The notes beneath the pieces are model-generated. The model was given only the letters and a program-made list of their open reading frames with translations, searched no databases and was not told the origin of the DNA. Below are positions 30,647 to 40,295 of a DNA stretch of 64,000 nt, piece after piece. Origin of the DNA: Myxococcota bacterium (GTDB lineage Bacteria > Myxococcota_A > UBA9160 > UBA4427); contig OZ252299.1 of the NCBI GenBank assembly GCA_965250285.1, positions 2,016,001 to 2,080,000 on the forward strand, written 5' to 3'. Position numbers and translations under genes: made by a program. The stretch's first letter is position 1, and every line of letters begins with the position of its first letter.

Positions 30647-31540
30647 TTGGCCGACACACCGTCCCCCAGCTCCAGTGCAACACCCATCGAGACCGTCGTC
30701 GTCGACGGGCTCGGCCTCGCCAAGAAGCTGCGCGGCCAGATGGCCGACGAGATCAACGCGCTCGTCGAGTCGGGGCGTCGCGCGCCTTGCCTCGTCGTCG
30801 TGCTCGTGGGCGACGACCCGGCGAGCCGCTCGTACATCAAGGGCAAGCAGCGTGCTTGCAAGAGCATCGGGATGGATTCGGCCGAGCACCTGCTGCCCGA
30901 AGAGACCACACAGGCAGAGCTGCTCACGCTGATCGAGCAGCTGAACGCCGACGATCACGTCGACGGCATCCTCGTGCAGCTGCCGCTTCCGAGCCACATC
31001 TCGCCGCAGGTCATCGCCGCCGCCATCGATCCCGCGAAGGACGCAGACGCCCTGCACCCGAACACGTCGGGCCGCCTCCTCGCCGGTACGGCCGACATCG
31101 TGTCGTGCACGCCGCTTGGCGTCATGGCCGTGCTCGAAGAGCACGGCGTCGAGCTCGAGGGCGCGCATGCCGTCGTGATCGGTCGCTCGGACATCGTGGG
31201 CAAGCCGGTGTCGCTGCTGCTGCAGCAGGCGAACGCCACCGTCACGATGTGCCACTCGCGCACGCAGAATCTGCCCGAGCTCTGCCGCATGGCCGACGTG
31301 CTCGTGGCGGCGACCGGCCGGCCGCGCATGGTGAAGGCCGACTGGATCAAGCCGGGCGCGGCCGTCATGGACGTGGGCGTCACCGAGGTCGGCGGCAAGC
31401 TCGTCGGCGACGTCGACTTCGACGCGGCCCACGGTGTCGCTGGCCTCATCACGCCCTCGCGCCGCGGCATCGGCCCCATGACGATCACGATGCTCCTGCG
31501 GAACACCCTGCACGCCTACCGCGCTCGGGTCGGCGTGTGA
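30647..31540 (+). CDS. folD: Bifunctional methylene-THF dehydrogenase/cyclohydrolase
   Basis: VGDDPAS..Y, GILVQLPLP, KD.D, IGRSDIVGKP, G.GPMTI.ML. Confidence 0.96.
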   Translation: MADTPSPSSSATPIETVVVDGLGLAKKLRGQMADEINALVESGRRAPCLVVVLVGDDPASRSYIKGKQRACKSIGMDSAEHLLPEETTQAELLTLIEQLNADDHVDGILVQLPLPSHISPQVIAAAIDPAKDADALHPNTSGRLLAGTADIVSCTPLGVMAVLEEHGVELEGAHAVVIGRSDIVGKPVSLLLQQANATVTMCHSRTQNLPELCRMADVLVAATGRPRMVKADWIKPGAAVMDVGVTEVGGKLVGDVDFDAAHGVAGLITPSRRGIGPMTITMLLRNTLHAYRARVGV

Positions 31541-31574
31541 GTCAGCCCGTCTCGACGCCGCCGGAGGTGCGCGG

Positions 31575-32669
31575 TTGAGCGACCTGCGCACGACCCCGCT
31601 CCACGCGGTGCATCAGCGCCTGGGCGCACGCATGGTTCCCTTCGCCGGGTTCGACATGCCCGTGCAGTACGCCTCGATCCTGCAGGAGCACGCCGCGGTG
31701 CGCGAACGTGCGGGCCTCTTCGACGTGAGCCACATGGGTCAGATCTGGCTCGATGGCCCCGAGGCGATCGCGACGGCCGAGCGCCTGGTGACCTGCCCGG
31801 TCGAGAGTCTGGCGCCGGGTCGCGTGCGCTACGGCCTGCTCTGCAACGACGAAGGCGGCTGTGTCGACGACGTCACGATCTACCGCTACAGCGACCAGTG
31901 CGTGCTGGTCTGCGTAAACGCCGCCAACATCGACAAGGATCGCGAGTGGATGGCCGCTCACGCTCCGCCGGCCGCCGGTCTCGACGACCGCAGCGACGAG
32001 ACGGGCATGCTCGCGCTGCAGGGCCCCACCTCGGTGGCGATCCTCGCCGCCCTGCTCGATCCGCGGGACCGCGCGACGTTGGAAGCGCTGCGCCGCTTTC
32101 GCTTCGACGCGTTTCGGGTGGCAGGCCACGAAGCCCTCGTCTCGTCGACGGGCTACACCGGCGCACCGGGCTTCGAGCTCTACCTCGATGCGGCTTCGAC
32201 GGTCGCCGTGTTCGAGGCGCTCCTCGAGGCCGGCGAAGCCCACGGTCTCGAGCCGGCCGGACTCGGCGCGCGAGACACGCTTCGCCTCGAAGCGGCCCTG
32301 GCCCTCTATGGCCACGAGCTCGACGACACGACCTCGCCCCTCGAAGCGGGTCTCGATCGGTTCGTGAAGCGCGACCGCGGCGGGTTCATCGGTGCCGAAG
32401 CGATCGAGCAGCGCGAGGCGAAGGGGCGCACGCGCCAGCTCATCGGTTTCGAGCTCGAGGGCAAGGGCATCGCGCGGGCCGACTGCACGCTGCTCTCGAA
32501 CGGCGAGCCCATCGGCATCGTCACGAGCGGTGCGCCCTCACCGACCCTCGGAAAGTCGATCGGGCTCGGCTACGTTCCGCCCGCCCTCGCGGCCCCGGGC
32601 ACCTCGATCCAGGTTCAGGTGCGCAACCGCGAGATCGAGGCCCGCGTGGTCGAAACGCCGTTCGTCTAG
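31575..32669 (+). CDS. gcvT: Glycine cleavage aminomethyltransferase T
   Basis: [38 protein letters not shown]. Confidence 0.96.
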   Translation: MSDLRTTPLHAVHQRLGARMVPFAGFDMPVQYASILQEHAAVRERAGLFDVSHMGQIWLDGPEAIATAERLVTCPVESLAPGRVRYGLLCNDEGGCVDDVTIYRYSDQCVLVCVNAANIDKDREWMAAHAPPAAGLDDRSDETGMLALQGPTSVAILAALLDPRDRATLEALRRFRFDAFRVAGHEALVSSTGYTGAPGFELYLDAASTVAVFEALLEAGEAHGLEPAGLGARDTLRLEAALALYGHELDDTTSPLEAGLDRFVKRDRGGFIGAEAIEQREAKGRTRQLIGFELEGKGIARADCTLLSNGEPIGIVTSGAPSPTLGKSIGLGYVPPALAAPGTSIQVQVRNREIEARVVETPFV

Positions 32670-32766
32670 GCTCGATCACGTCGTCGCCGCGGTGCTCGAC
32701 CCCGCGCGACGAATGGCCAGGCGCCCGGTTGCGGGGGCCACCCCACCCGGTCGAGCGAGGTCACCT

Positions 32767-33162
32767 GTGTCCGAGTTCGAAGCCCCCAAAGAGCTGCGTT
32801 ACAGCAAGGAAGACGAGTGGGTGCGCACCGAGGGTGACCATTTCGTCGTCGGCGTGAGCGACTTCGCCCAGCAGCAGCTCGGTGACGTCGTCTTCGTCGA
32901 GCTGCCCGAGATCGGCGCCGAGTTCGCCGCCGGCGACTCGTTCGGCACGATCGAATCGGTCAAGGCCGTGAGCGATTTGTTCTGCCCGATCAGTGGCCGC
33001 ATCACCGAGGTGAACGGCGAGCTCGAAGACGCACCCGAGATCGTGAACAGCGCCCCCTACGGCGCGGGCTGGATCATCAAGATCGAGCCGACCGCTGCCG
33101 ACCCGCTCGCCGACCTGCTCGACGCCGACGGCTACGTCGCGTACTGCGCTACGCGCGACTGA
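32767..33162 (+). CDS. gcvH: Glycine cleavage H protein
   Basis: GTG at 32767; LRYSKEDEW, LGDVVFVELP, lipoyl-Lys motif ESVKA, PYGAGW. Confidence 0.95.
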   Translation: MSEFEAPKELRYSKEDEWVRTEGDHFVVGVSDFAQQQLGDVVFVELPEIGAEFAAGDSFGTIESVKAVSDLFCPISGRITEVNGELEDAPEIVNSAPYGAGWIIKIEPTAADPLADLLDADGYVAYCATRD

Positions 33163-33217
33163 CGCCACCCCCGAAAGCGCCGACACGGCGCCCGCCTGCG
33201 CGTCCCCCATTCGAAGA

Positions 33218-34192
33218 TCAGCTCGTCTCAGACGACTCCGCGATCCTCTGCCGAGCGACATCGGACCAGGGACCGTCGGCATCGAGCTGCAGATAGCGAC
33301 GCCAGTGCTCCAGGGCCCTCGCGACGCGGCCGAGCTTCTCGTGCAGGAGCGCGAGGTTGATGTGCAGGTCGGGATACATCGGATCGGCCTCGAGCGCAGA
33401 GCGGTAGTGGCGCAGCGCCATCTCGTCTGCGCCGTCCTCTTCGAGCAGATTCGCGAGATTGAAGTGGCCCTCGACGTGGTCTGGGTCGAGCTGCAGGCAG
33501 CGCTGGAAGCAAGCGCGCGCCGCCTCACGGTCGCCGCGGTTGTAGTGCACGGCGCCCAGGTTGCAGTGCGCGTCGGCGAAGCCGGCGTCGAGAGAAAGCG
33601 CGGTCTCGTACGCGTCGATCGCCTCTTGGTAGGTCGACGCGTCAGAATCGAGCCGACAGCCGCGCTCGAACCAGTCGATGACCGTCCGCGCAATGCGCGC
33701 GTCGTCGGCCTCGAGCGTCTCGAAGCCGTCGCCCGACTCGGGGGCGGCGCTGAGGTCGGGCGTGGCGATCGAAGGCAGCTGCCCAGGCCCCCCGGCCGCG
33801 CGTGCGGGCGCGTCGAGCTCAAAGACCATTTGCCCGCTCGGCTCTTCGAGCCGCCCTTCGGGCCGCAGCACGAGGCGGTCGCTCCCCTGCGCCCAGAGGC
33901 TGAGGACGGCGGCCGGGTCTTCGATGTCGGGGTGCAGCGCGCGCACGTCCTCGAGGCCGCGCCGAATCCGCCGCAGCGAGACCCCCGCCTCGATCAGCGC
34001 GAGGATGCTGCGTACGCCCACCAATCCCTTGAAGTCGAGCGCGTCTTGCTGCGCATCGCGCTCCACCTGCACGTCGCCGACGCCCTCCCCCTCGGCGGCG
34101 GGCGCGATGAGCTCGGTGCGCTTCCAGTAGCGCAACCGAGAAGGCTTGACGCGCAGGATGCGCGCAGCGTGCTGAAGCGAGTAGGACGACAC
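33218..34192 (-). CDS. MerR-like HTH plus TPR repeat protein
   Basis: YSLQHAARIL..RLRYW N-terminus; C-terminal TPRs (AHCNLG, GHFNLA, HINLA). Confidence 0.85.
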   Translation of the reverse strand: MSSYSLQHAARILRVKPSRLRYWKRTELIAPAAEGEGVGDVQVERDAQQDALDFKGLVGVRSILALIEAGVSLRRIRRGLEDVRALHPDIEDPAAVLSLWAQGSDRLVLRPEGRLEEPSGQMVFELDAPARAAGGPGQLPSIATPDLSAAPESGDGFETLEADDARIARTVIDWFERGCRLDSDASTYQEAIDAYETALSLDAGFADAHCNLGAVHYNRGDREAARACFQRCLQLDPDHVEGHFNLANLLEEDGADEMALRHYRSALEADPMYPDLHINLALLHEKLGRVARALEHWRRYLQLDADGPWSDVARQRIAESSETS

Positions 34193-34419
34193 ACGCAGAA
34201 TCTAAGCGTTCGTGCGTCGCGTTCCAATCGCGAAGTGCGCACTCGACGCGCCCGCGTGGATCACCCCGCGCGAGTCTCTCCGTGACGACCGTGACCCACC
34301 GTCGACGCGAATGCGCGCGCCGGGCCTCTGCGCGCTGCCCGGTTCCGCGCACGCTCGAACGTGACGCGAATGGTCCCGAGCACGTCGAAACGCGTTCGCG
34401 CACTGCTACGGTTGACGGC

Positions 34420-34518
34420 GGCGAGGTTTCCGACGCTGGTGCCCGGCCTCGACTTCAAATCGAGTGTGAAGCGTCTCGCGACGTTTCAGGCGGGTTCGAT
34501 TCCCGTCCCTCGCCGCCA
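34420..34518 (+). tRNA. selC: tRNA-Sec (anticodon UCA)
   Basis: CTCGA-CT-TCA-AA-TCGAG anticodon arm, 4-nt TGGT D-loop, 9-bp variable arm, GCGGG-TTCGATT-CCCGT T arm, G73-CCA end. Confidence 0.92.
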
Positions 34519-34804
34519 ACCCGACGCCGCACGCCCGATCGCCCGCGACTCGTGCGCCCCTGCGCGCGCGTGCGAAGCACGTCCCGTGCGGTCGATCCGG
34601 TTCCCCTGTTTCGTCTTCTTCCCGCCGCACTTCGCCTGCACCTTCGCCGCCCGCATTCGGTCGCCCGACACCCGTTGCATCGAGTCGGCCCGGCCCCATC
34701 CTGCTACCGTGAATCAGCGATCTCGAATCGAGATCCGGGCCGTTCGATCCGACCGGACGGCTATCGTCAGCCGGCCCGACGGGGCCCACCTGGAGGTCTG
34801 CTCG

Positions 34805-35161
34805 ATGGGTGCGACGCAAGAAGTGCGAGATGATGTCAGCGTGGTGATCCACCTGCGTGGGATCGAAGACGACGACAGCTTGAAGGTGCATCTCGAGACG
34901 CGCTGCCAGCAGCTCGCGGCCGAGTTCCCCGAGACGACGCACTACGAGCTCACGATCGAGCCCGACGCCGACGACCTGAAGGCCCACGGCCACGTCGTCG
35001 GCAAGAGCACGAACACCGCGGCGCACGCCAACGGGGTCAGTGACGCCCGCGCTGCGGGCGACGCCTTGCTCGAGAAGCTCCACACGGAGCTCCGCCGCGA
35101 TCACGACAAGCGCATCTTCACCCAGCGACGCAAGGAGCAGAAGAAGCGCGCAAACCACTGA
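34805..35161 (+). CDS. HPF/RaiA-like ribosome-associated protein (divergent)
   Basis: Beta-alpha-beta-beta-beta-alpha pattern: IHLRGIE..SLK.H, D..AA.D.LLEKL..ELRR.HDK. Confidence 0.55.
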   Translation: MGATQEVRDDVSVVIHLRGIEDDDSLKVHLETRCQQLAAEFPETTHYELTIEPDADDLKAHGHVVGKSTNTAAHANGVSDARAAGDALLEKLHTELRRDHDKRIFTQRRKEQKKRANH

Positions 35162-35234
35162 GCCGCGAGAGACGAAGCGGTGTGCGGGGCGAGGGAGCTG
35201 CGGCATCGCGCGCAAGACGGCGGCGGTGTCTTCG

Positions 35235-35594
35235 TCAGCTCAAGATCACGTGCAGCTTCAGGCCGAGCACGAAATCTCCGCTCAGCTTCAGTCGACGCTT
35301 GAGCAGGGCTTCGGGTGCCGTCAGCTCGCCCGAGTTCAGCTTGCGCCACGTCGCGACGTCGACCCGGACGCGCAGGTTCTCTTCGCCGTGGTCCCCCGCG
35401 CGACCGGCCACCATGCCCGCCTCGATGTCGATGGTGAACGGCCCGCCCTCTTCGCCCAGCAGCTCGAACACGATGCGCGCCCGGGTCTCGCCGAGCTTCT
35501 CGCGGCGCACGTGATCGGTCGCCACCGACTCGGGGATCCAGCGGGTGAAGAACTCGACGGGGGTGATGTCGTGCGGGGCGCGCCTCATGTCCAT
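35235..35594 (-). CDS. SCP2 sterol-binding domain protein
   Basis: FELLGEEGGPFTIDI, W.KL.SGEL....A.LKRRLKLSGD...GLKL. Confidence 0.8.
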   Translation of the reverse strand: MDMRRAPHDITPVEFFTRWIPESVATDHVRREKLGETRARIVFELLGEEGGPFTIDIEAGMVAGRAGDHGEENLRVRVDVATWRKLNSGELTAPEALLKRRLKLSGDFVLGLKLHVILS

Positions 35595-35607
35595 GGCCGT
35601 CAAGGTG

Positions 35608-35805
35608 ACCCGGGTCGTGCCTCGTGTCCACGGACATCGAGACAACCCGGGTCGTGCCTCGTGTCCACGGACATCGAGACAACACGGGTCGTGCCTCGTG
35701 TCCACGGACATCGAGACAACCCGGGTCGTGCCTCGTGTCCACGGACGTCGAGACAACCCGGGTCGTGCCCCGTGTCCGCGGACGTCCGGGCGACCGGGGC
35801 CGTGC
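35608..35805. repeat. 37-bp tandem direct repeat, about 5.3 copies, no spacers
   Basis: Unit ACCCGGGTCGTGCCTCGTGTCCACGGACATCGAGACA at 35608, 35645, 35682 and 35719; degenerate at 35756; partial at 35793. Confidence 0.97.
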
Positions 35806-35833
35806 GACAGGTACGGGGGGACGGCCGGGGCGC

Positions 35834-37120
35834 TCAGACCGAGCGACGCAGAGGAGCCGGTCGACCGAAGAGGTACCCCTGACCGAGCGGCACACCGATC
35901 GTGTGCAGCGTCGCGAGTTCTTCGCTCGTCTCGATGCCCTCGGCGATGATCTGCGCACCGAGCTTCACGGCGACGGCGTGCAGCGAGCGCAGCAGCTCTT
36001 GACGCGGCGGATCGGTGTCGATGCCGCGAACGAGCGAGAGGTCGACCTTGATGAAGTCGGGGTTGAGCTCCATGATCGCTTCGAGGCTGCCATACGCGAC
36101 GCCGGTGTCGTCGAGCGCGATCCGAAACCCGAGCTCGGCATAGCGATCCCGCATCTCGCGGAAGATCGAGAAGTTTTCGATCGACTCCTTCTCCGAGATC
36201 TCGAACACGAGGTCGGAGGGGCGCAGCCGAAGCTCCTCGAGCGTCCGGCGGAGCACGTCGCCCCGGAACGTCGGATCGTGAATCGACGTCGGCAGGCAGT
36301 TCAGGAAGAGCAGCTTGCCCGGCGGCAGTCCCTTCGCACCGCGCAGCGCCTGGCGCCGGCACAAGCAGTCGAGCTCGAAGACGAGCCCGGTCTCCTCCGC
36401 CATGCCGAAGAGCGCGGCCGGAGAATGCAGCGGTGAATCCCAGGGTCCGCGCACGAGCGCCTCGTAGCCTGCGATCTCGCGGGTCGTCGTATTGACGATC
36501 GGCTCGTAGAGCACGCTGACGTCCTCGGCGAGGATCAGGTCGACGAACTCGCGACGTCGCTCGCGTCGCTCGAGCTGCGCCGAGAGCGCCGCATCGTGCC
36601 CCGCCTCTTCGAGAGCGAGCGCGATCTGGCGGCCGGGGCCGAGGCCCGGGTTGTAGAAGACGACGGCATGCCCGACCGACAGGCTCGGAGCCTCACGCCG
36701 ATACGGATAGACGATGCTCTGGGCCTGCTCGCCCAGCCGCGTCGAGAGCCGCTCGACGAGGCCCGGGACGGTCTCGCGATAGAAGGTGTGATCGGCGCGG
36801 GGACGGAACATGACGACGAGCAACCGGTCGCCGCGCCCGTCCGTCCACGTCAGCAGGTCGGCGTCCCCGAGGTCACCGTTGCAGACCTCGCCCACGACGC
36901 CGCGAAGCTTGTCGCAGACCGTGCCGTGCGCCTCGACGCCGTAGCCCCGCTCGATGACGGCGAGCGCACTCGCATCGACGAGGATGACCGCGGCCGCGCC
37001 CATCTCTTCGAGGTGCGGACCCACCCAACCCAGGCGCGCCGCGACGTTTTCGTTCGCGGGGCGGCCGTCGGGCTCGCGCAGCTGGGCTGTCCGGAGGGGC
37101 TCGGTCACGTTCTGGAACAT
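35834..37120 (-). CDS. EAL domain protein with degenerate GGDEF-like N-terminal region
   Basis: YEPIV, YEALVRG, LFLN, VFEISE, IALDD, FIKVD, IAEGIET, GQGYLFGRP. Confidence 0.88.
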   Translation of the reverse strand: MFQNVTEPLRTAQLREPDGRPANENVAARLGWVGPHLEEMGAAAVILVDASALAVIERGYGVEAHGTVCDKLRGVVGEVCNGDLGDADLLTWTDGRGDRLLVVMFRPRADHTFYRETVPGLVERLSTRLGEQAQSIVYPYRREAPSLSVGHAVVFYNPGLGPGRQIALALEEAGHDAALSAQLERRERRREFVDLILAEDVSVLYEPIVNTTTREIAGYEALVRGPWDSPLHSPAALFGMAEETGLVFELDCLCRRQALRGAKGLPPGKLLFLNCLPTSIHDPTFRGDVLRRTLEELRLRPSDLVFEISEKESIENFSIFREMRDRYAELGFRIALDDTGVAYGSLEAIMELNPDFIKVDLSLVRGIDTDPPRQELLRSLHAVAVKLGAQIIAEGIETSEELATLHTIGVPLGQGYLFGRPAPLRRSV

Positions 37121-37168
37121 CGACCGATCGGCGACTTGAATTGAGGCCGCAGAAGCTCGCGTTTCGCC

Positions 37169-39916
37169 CTACAGAACCGCCCGAAGTGCCTGACCCGTAT
37201 GCGATTCCTTCACGCTGGCGACCACTTGCGGCGTGCCTTGCGCAACCACCCGCCCCCCCTCGGGACCGCCCTCCGGCCCGAGGTCGATCACGTGGTGCGC
37301 CCGGGCGATCACATCGAGGTTGTGCTCGACGACGACGACGTGTCCGCCCTGGTCGAGCAGCGTCTCGAGGGCGGCCAGCAGCACGGCGACGTCGGCCTGG
37401 TGCAAACCGGTCGTCGGCTCGTCGAGCACGTAGAGGCGCCCGGGCTTGGCCTCGGCGATGGCGAGCGCCAGCCGCACGCGCTGATGCTCCCCGCCCGACA
37501 ACGTCGAGAGCGGCTGGCCGAGGGTCAGATAGCCGAGGCCCACCCGTACCAGCGGCTCGAGTCGGCGTACGATGGCGTTGTCTTCGGCGAACACGTCTGC
37601 GGCCTCTTCGATCGTGAGGTCGAGGACGTCGACGATGCTGCGGCCATCGAGCTTCACGTCGAGCACGTCGCGGCGGTAGCGAAGCCCACCGCATTCGTCG
37701 CAGGGCACGCGCAGGTCGTCGAGAAACTGCATGTCGACCACGACCTCGCCGGATCCCTCACATGCGTCGCAACGACCGCCGGGCACGTTGAACGAGAACC
37801 AGCCGGCCCCGAGGCCCATGCGCTTCGCTTCGCGCGTCGCGGCGAACCGCTTGCGGATGCCGTCGAACGCCTTCGTCACCGTGGCCGGGTTCGAACGGGG
37901 GCTGCGCGTCGCCGGAGATTGATCGACGACCACCAGCTCGCGTACGCCGACCGCCTCGACGAGTGCGCTGCCGGCAGGCCCCTGCGGTCGACTGAGCGGT
38001 TCGATCAGACCGGCCCGAACCAGCGTCGACTTGCCCGCACCCGAAACACCGCTGATCGCGACGAGGACGCCGAGGGGCAGATCGACGTTCACATCCTCGA
38101 GGTTGTGCTCCGACAGCCCCTCGATGCGCAGCCGACCGGTCGGAACGCGCTCGGAGGCGGCCGGCGGCAGCAGCTCGCCGCGCAGCGCCTCGCCGGTGCG
38201 CGAGGCCGCGCACGCGCGTACGGCCTCGACGGGGCCCTCGACGAGCAGCGCACCGCCCTGCCTGCCGGCACCGGGGCCGAGATCGATCACGTGATCGGCT
38301 GCCGTGACCACCTCGAGCGCGTGCTCGACCACGACCACCGTGTTCCCGCGGTCGCGGATGTCGGCCAGGATCCCGACCAACGTGTCGATATCACGGGCGT
38401 GCAGACCGACCGTCGGCTCGTCGAGCACGTAGAGCGACGCCGTCAGGTGCCCGGAGAGCGCGGTGGCGAGCTGCATGCGCTGCGCCTCACCGCCCGAGAG
38501 CGTGCGCACGGTGCGATCGAGCGCGAGGTAGCCCAGGCCGACGCGCACGAGCAGACCGAGCCGATGCGCGAGCGCCGGCGCGACGCGGCTGGCGCGGGCC
38601 CGGGCACCCGGCGGCAGATCGAGCGATTGCGACCACGCGTGCAGCTCGGCCAGCGTCAGGCGACCGAGCTCGCCCAGATCGCGGCCAGCGACACGCACCG
38701 ATCGGGCCGCCTCGGAGAGCCGGGTGCCCTCGCAGTCGACGCACGTCTCGTAGCCGCGGTACCGGGCGATCAGCACGCGCGCCTGCACCTTGTAGCGGCG
38801 GCCCTCGAGCCAGTCGAAGAAGCCGCGCACGCCCTCCCAGTCGGGGTCGCCCTCGATCACGAACTCGCGTGCCGCGTCGTCGAGCTCGAGCCAGGGCACG
38901 TCGGTGGGAATGCCCCGCTCTCGACAGATGGCGAGCATCTCGCGCTCGAGCCCGCGCGCCATCTTCGTCGCGAACGGTGCCATCGCGTGCTCTTCGAGAC
39001 TCTTCGTGGGGTCGGGTACGAGGCGCTCACGATCGAGGTCGGTCGTGCGACCGAAGCCCTCGCACGTCGGACAGGCGCCGAGCGGACTGTTGAACGAGAA
39101 GAGCGCGGGCGTCGGCGGGAGGAACACCGCGCCGCAGCTCGCGCAAGCGAGGCCCTCGCGCGCGGTCTCGACGCGGCCGTCGGGCGTGCGAATCTCGAGC
39201 TCGCCCTCCCCGACCCGAAAGGCCGCCTCGACCGCCTCCGCCACGCGGGCGCGGCTCGCGTCGGCCTCGTCCCGCCGAATCGCGATGCGGTCGATCACCA
39301 GCCGCCCGGCGTCGACGAGGCGCGGCAGCGCGTCGTCGGGCGCATCGATCCAATCGACGATCTCGCCGTCATCGGTCATCACGCGCGCGTAGCCGTCGCG
39401 CAGGAGGCGCTCTCGCGTCTCGCCGGGCAGCTCGCCCGCGCCGATCCGGATGGGTGCCGTCACGGTGAAGCGTTCGCCCTCGAACGCGTCGACGATGCGG
39501 TCGGTGACGCCCTCGACGGTGCCCGCCTCGACGGGCGCATCACACGTGCGGCACCACGTTTCGCCGGCGTGTGTGAAGAGCAGGCGCAGGTGGTCGAGCA
39601 CCTCGCTGGCCGTCCCGACGGTACTGCGCGCGGCGGTGACCCGATTGCGCTGCTCGATGGCGATGGCGGGCGGCAGACTCGAGATCGCATCGACTTCGGG
39701 CCGCGCGAGCCGCTCGAGGAATTGCCGTGCATACGTCGACAGCGAGCTGACGTAGCGGCGTTGGCCTTCGGCGTACAGGGTGTCGAATGCGAGCGTCGAC
39801 TTGCCCGAGCCCGATACCCCGGTCACCAGCGTGAGGGAGCCGAGCGGGACGCGACAGCTCACGTCCTTGAGATTGTGGTGCCGCGCGCGGTCGATGCGGA
39901 TGTCACGGGAGCTCAT
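37169..39916 (-). CDS. uvrA: Excinuclease ABC subunit UvrA
   Basis: GVSGSGKSTLAFDTLYAEGQRRY, FSFNSPLGAC, two ABC cassettes with LSGGE and DEPT, FSFNVPGGRC. Confidence 0.95.
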   Translation of the reverse strand: MSSRDIRIDRARHHNLKDVSCRVPLGSLTLVTGVSGSGKSTLAFDTLYAEGQRRYVSSLSTYARQFLERLARPEVDAISSLPPAIAIEQRNRVTAARSTVGTASEVLDHLRLLFTHAGETWCRTCDAPVEAGTVEGVTDRIVDAFEGERFTVTAPIRIGAGELPGETRERLLRDGYARVMTDDGEIVDWIDAPDDALPRLVDAGRLVIDRIAIRRDEADASRARVAEAVEAAFRVGEGELEIRTPDGRVETAREGLACASCGAVFLPPTPALFSFNSPLGACPTCEGFGRTTDLDRERLVPDPTKSLEEHAMAPFATKMARGLEREMLAICRERGIPTDVPWLELDDAAREFVIEGDPDWEGVRGFFDWLEGRRYKVQARVLIARYRGYETCVDCEGTRLSEAARSVRVAGRDLGELGRLTLAELHAWSQSLDLPPGARARASRVAPALAHRLGLLVRVGLGYLALDRTVRTLSGGEAQRMQLATALSGHLTASLYVLDEPTVGLHARDIDTLVGILADIRDRGNTVVVVEHALEVVTAADHVIDLGPGAGRQGGALLVEGPVEAVRACAASRTGEALRGELLPPAASERVPTGRLRIEGLSEHNLEDVNVDLPLGVLVAISGVSGAGKSTLVRAGLIEPLSRPQGPAGSALVEAVGVRELVVVDQSPATRSPRSNPATVTKAFDGIRKRFAATREAKRMGLGAGWFSFNVPGGRCDACEGSGEVVVDMQFLDDLRVPCDECGGLRYRRDVLDVKLDGRSIVDVLDLTIEEAADVFAEDNAIVRRLEPLVRVGLGYLTLGQPLSTLSGGEHQRVRLALAIAEAKPGRLYVLDEPTTGLHQADVAVLLAALETLLDQGGHVVVVEHNLDVIARAHHVIDLGPEGGPEGGRVVAQGTPQVVASVKESHTGQALRAVL

Positions 39917-39944
39917 CGGGTCGCGACTCGCAGAACGCCCCGAC

Positions 39945-40286
39945 TCACGCGCGCGCTCGAAACATCTTGCGGAGCGAGAGGGCGAGCGACAAGGGGCCGT
40001 CGACCCGGAGCCGCTCCTGCATGAACAGCAGATCGGGGTTCACCGTCCCGTCGAGCACCCCGTTCAGGTCGTCGCACGAGAGCTCGAAGGTCAGGTCGGC
40101 GGCCGAGCGCGAGCCCTCGCCGACCTCGAGCTGGCCGTCTCGGATGTCCAGCCAGATCGCCCCCTCGCTCGCGGCCCCCGTCAGCACCAGCTGCACGGTC
40201 AGCCGCTCGCCGTGCGCGGCCGCGGGCTGGAACGATTCGAGCAGCCGGTCGAGGGCCCCGCGCCGTACCGGCGATGCTTGAGACAT
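39945..40286 (-). CDS. SCP2 sterol-binding domain protein
   Basis: VQLVLTG, WLDIRDG, ADLTF, P.LLFMQERLRVDG..LALSL. Confidence 0.82.
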   Translation of the reverse strand: MSQASPVRRGALDRLLESFQPAAAHGERLTVQLVLTGAASEGAIWLDIRDGQLEVGEGSRSAADLTFELSCDDLNGVLDGTVNPDLLFMQERLRVDGPLSLALSLRKMFRARA

Positions 40287-40295
40287 GGCGCGCGC

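Noticed and set aside
35608..35805. 37-bp palindromic repeat as a CRISPR array
   Set aside because: Units are head-to-tail with no unique spacers, and there are no cas genes or AT-rich leader.
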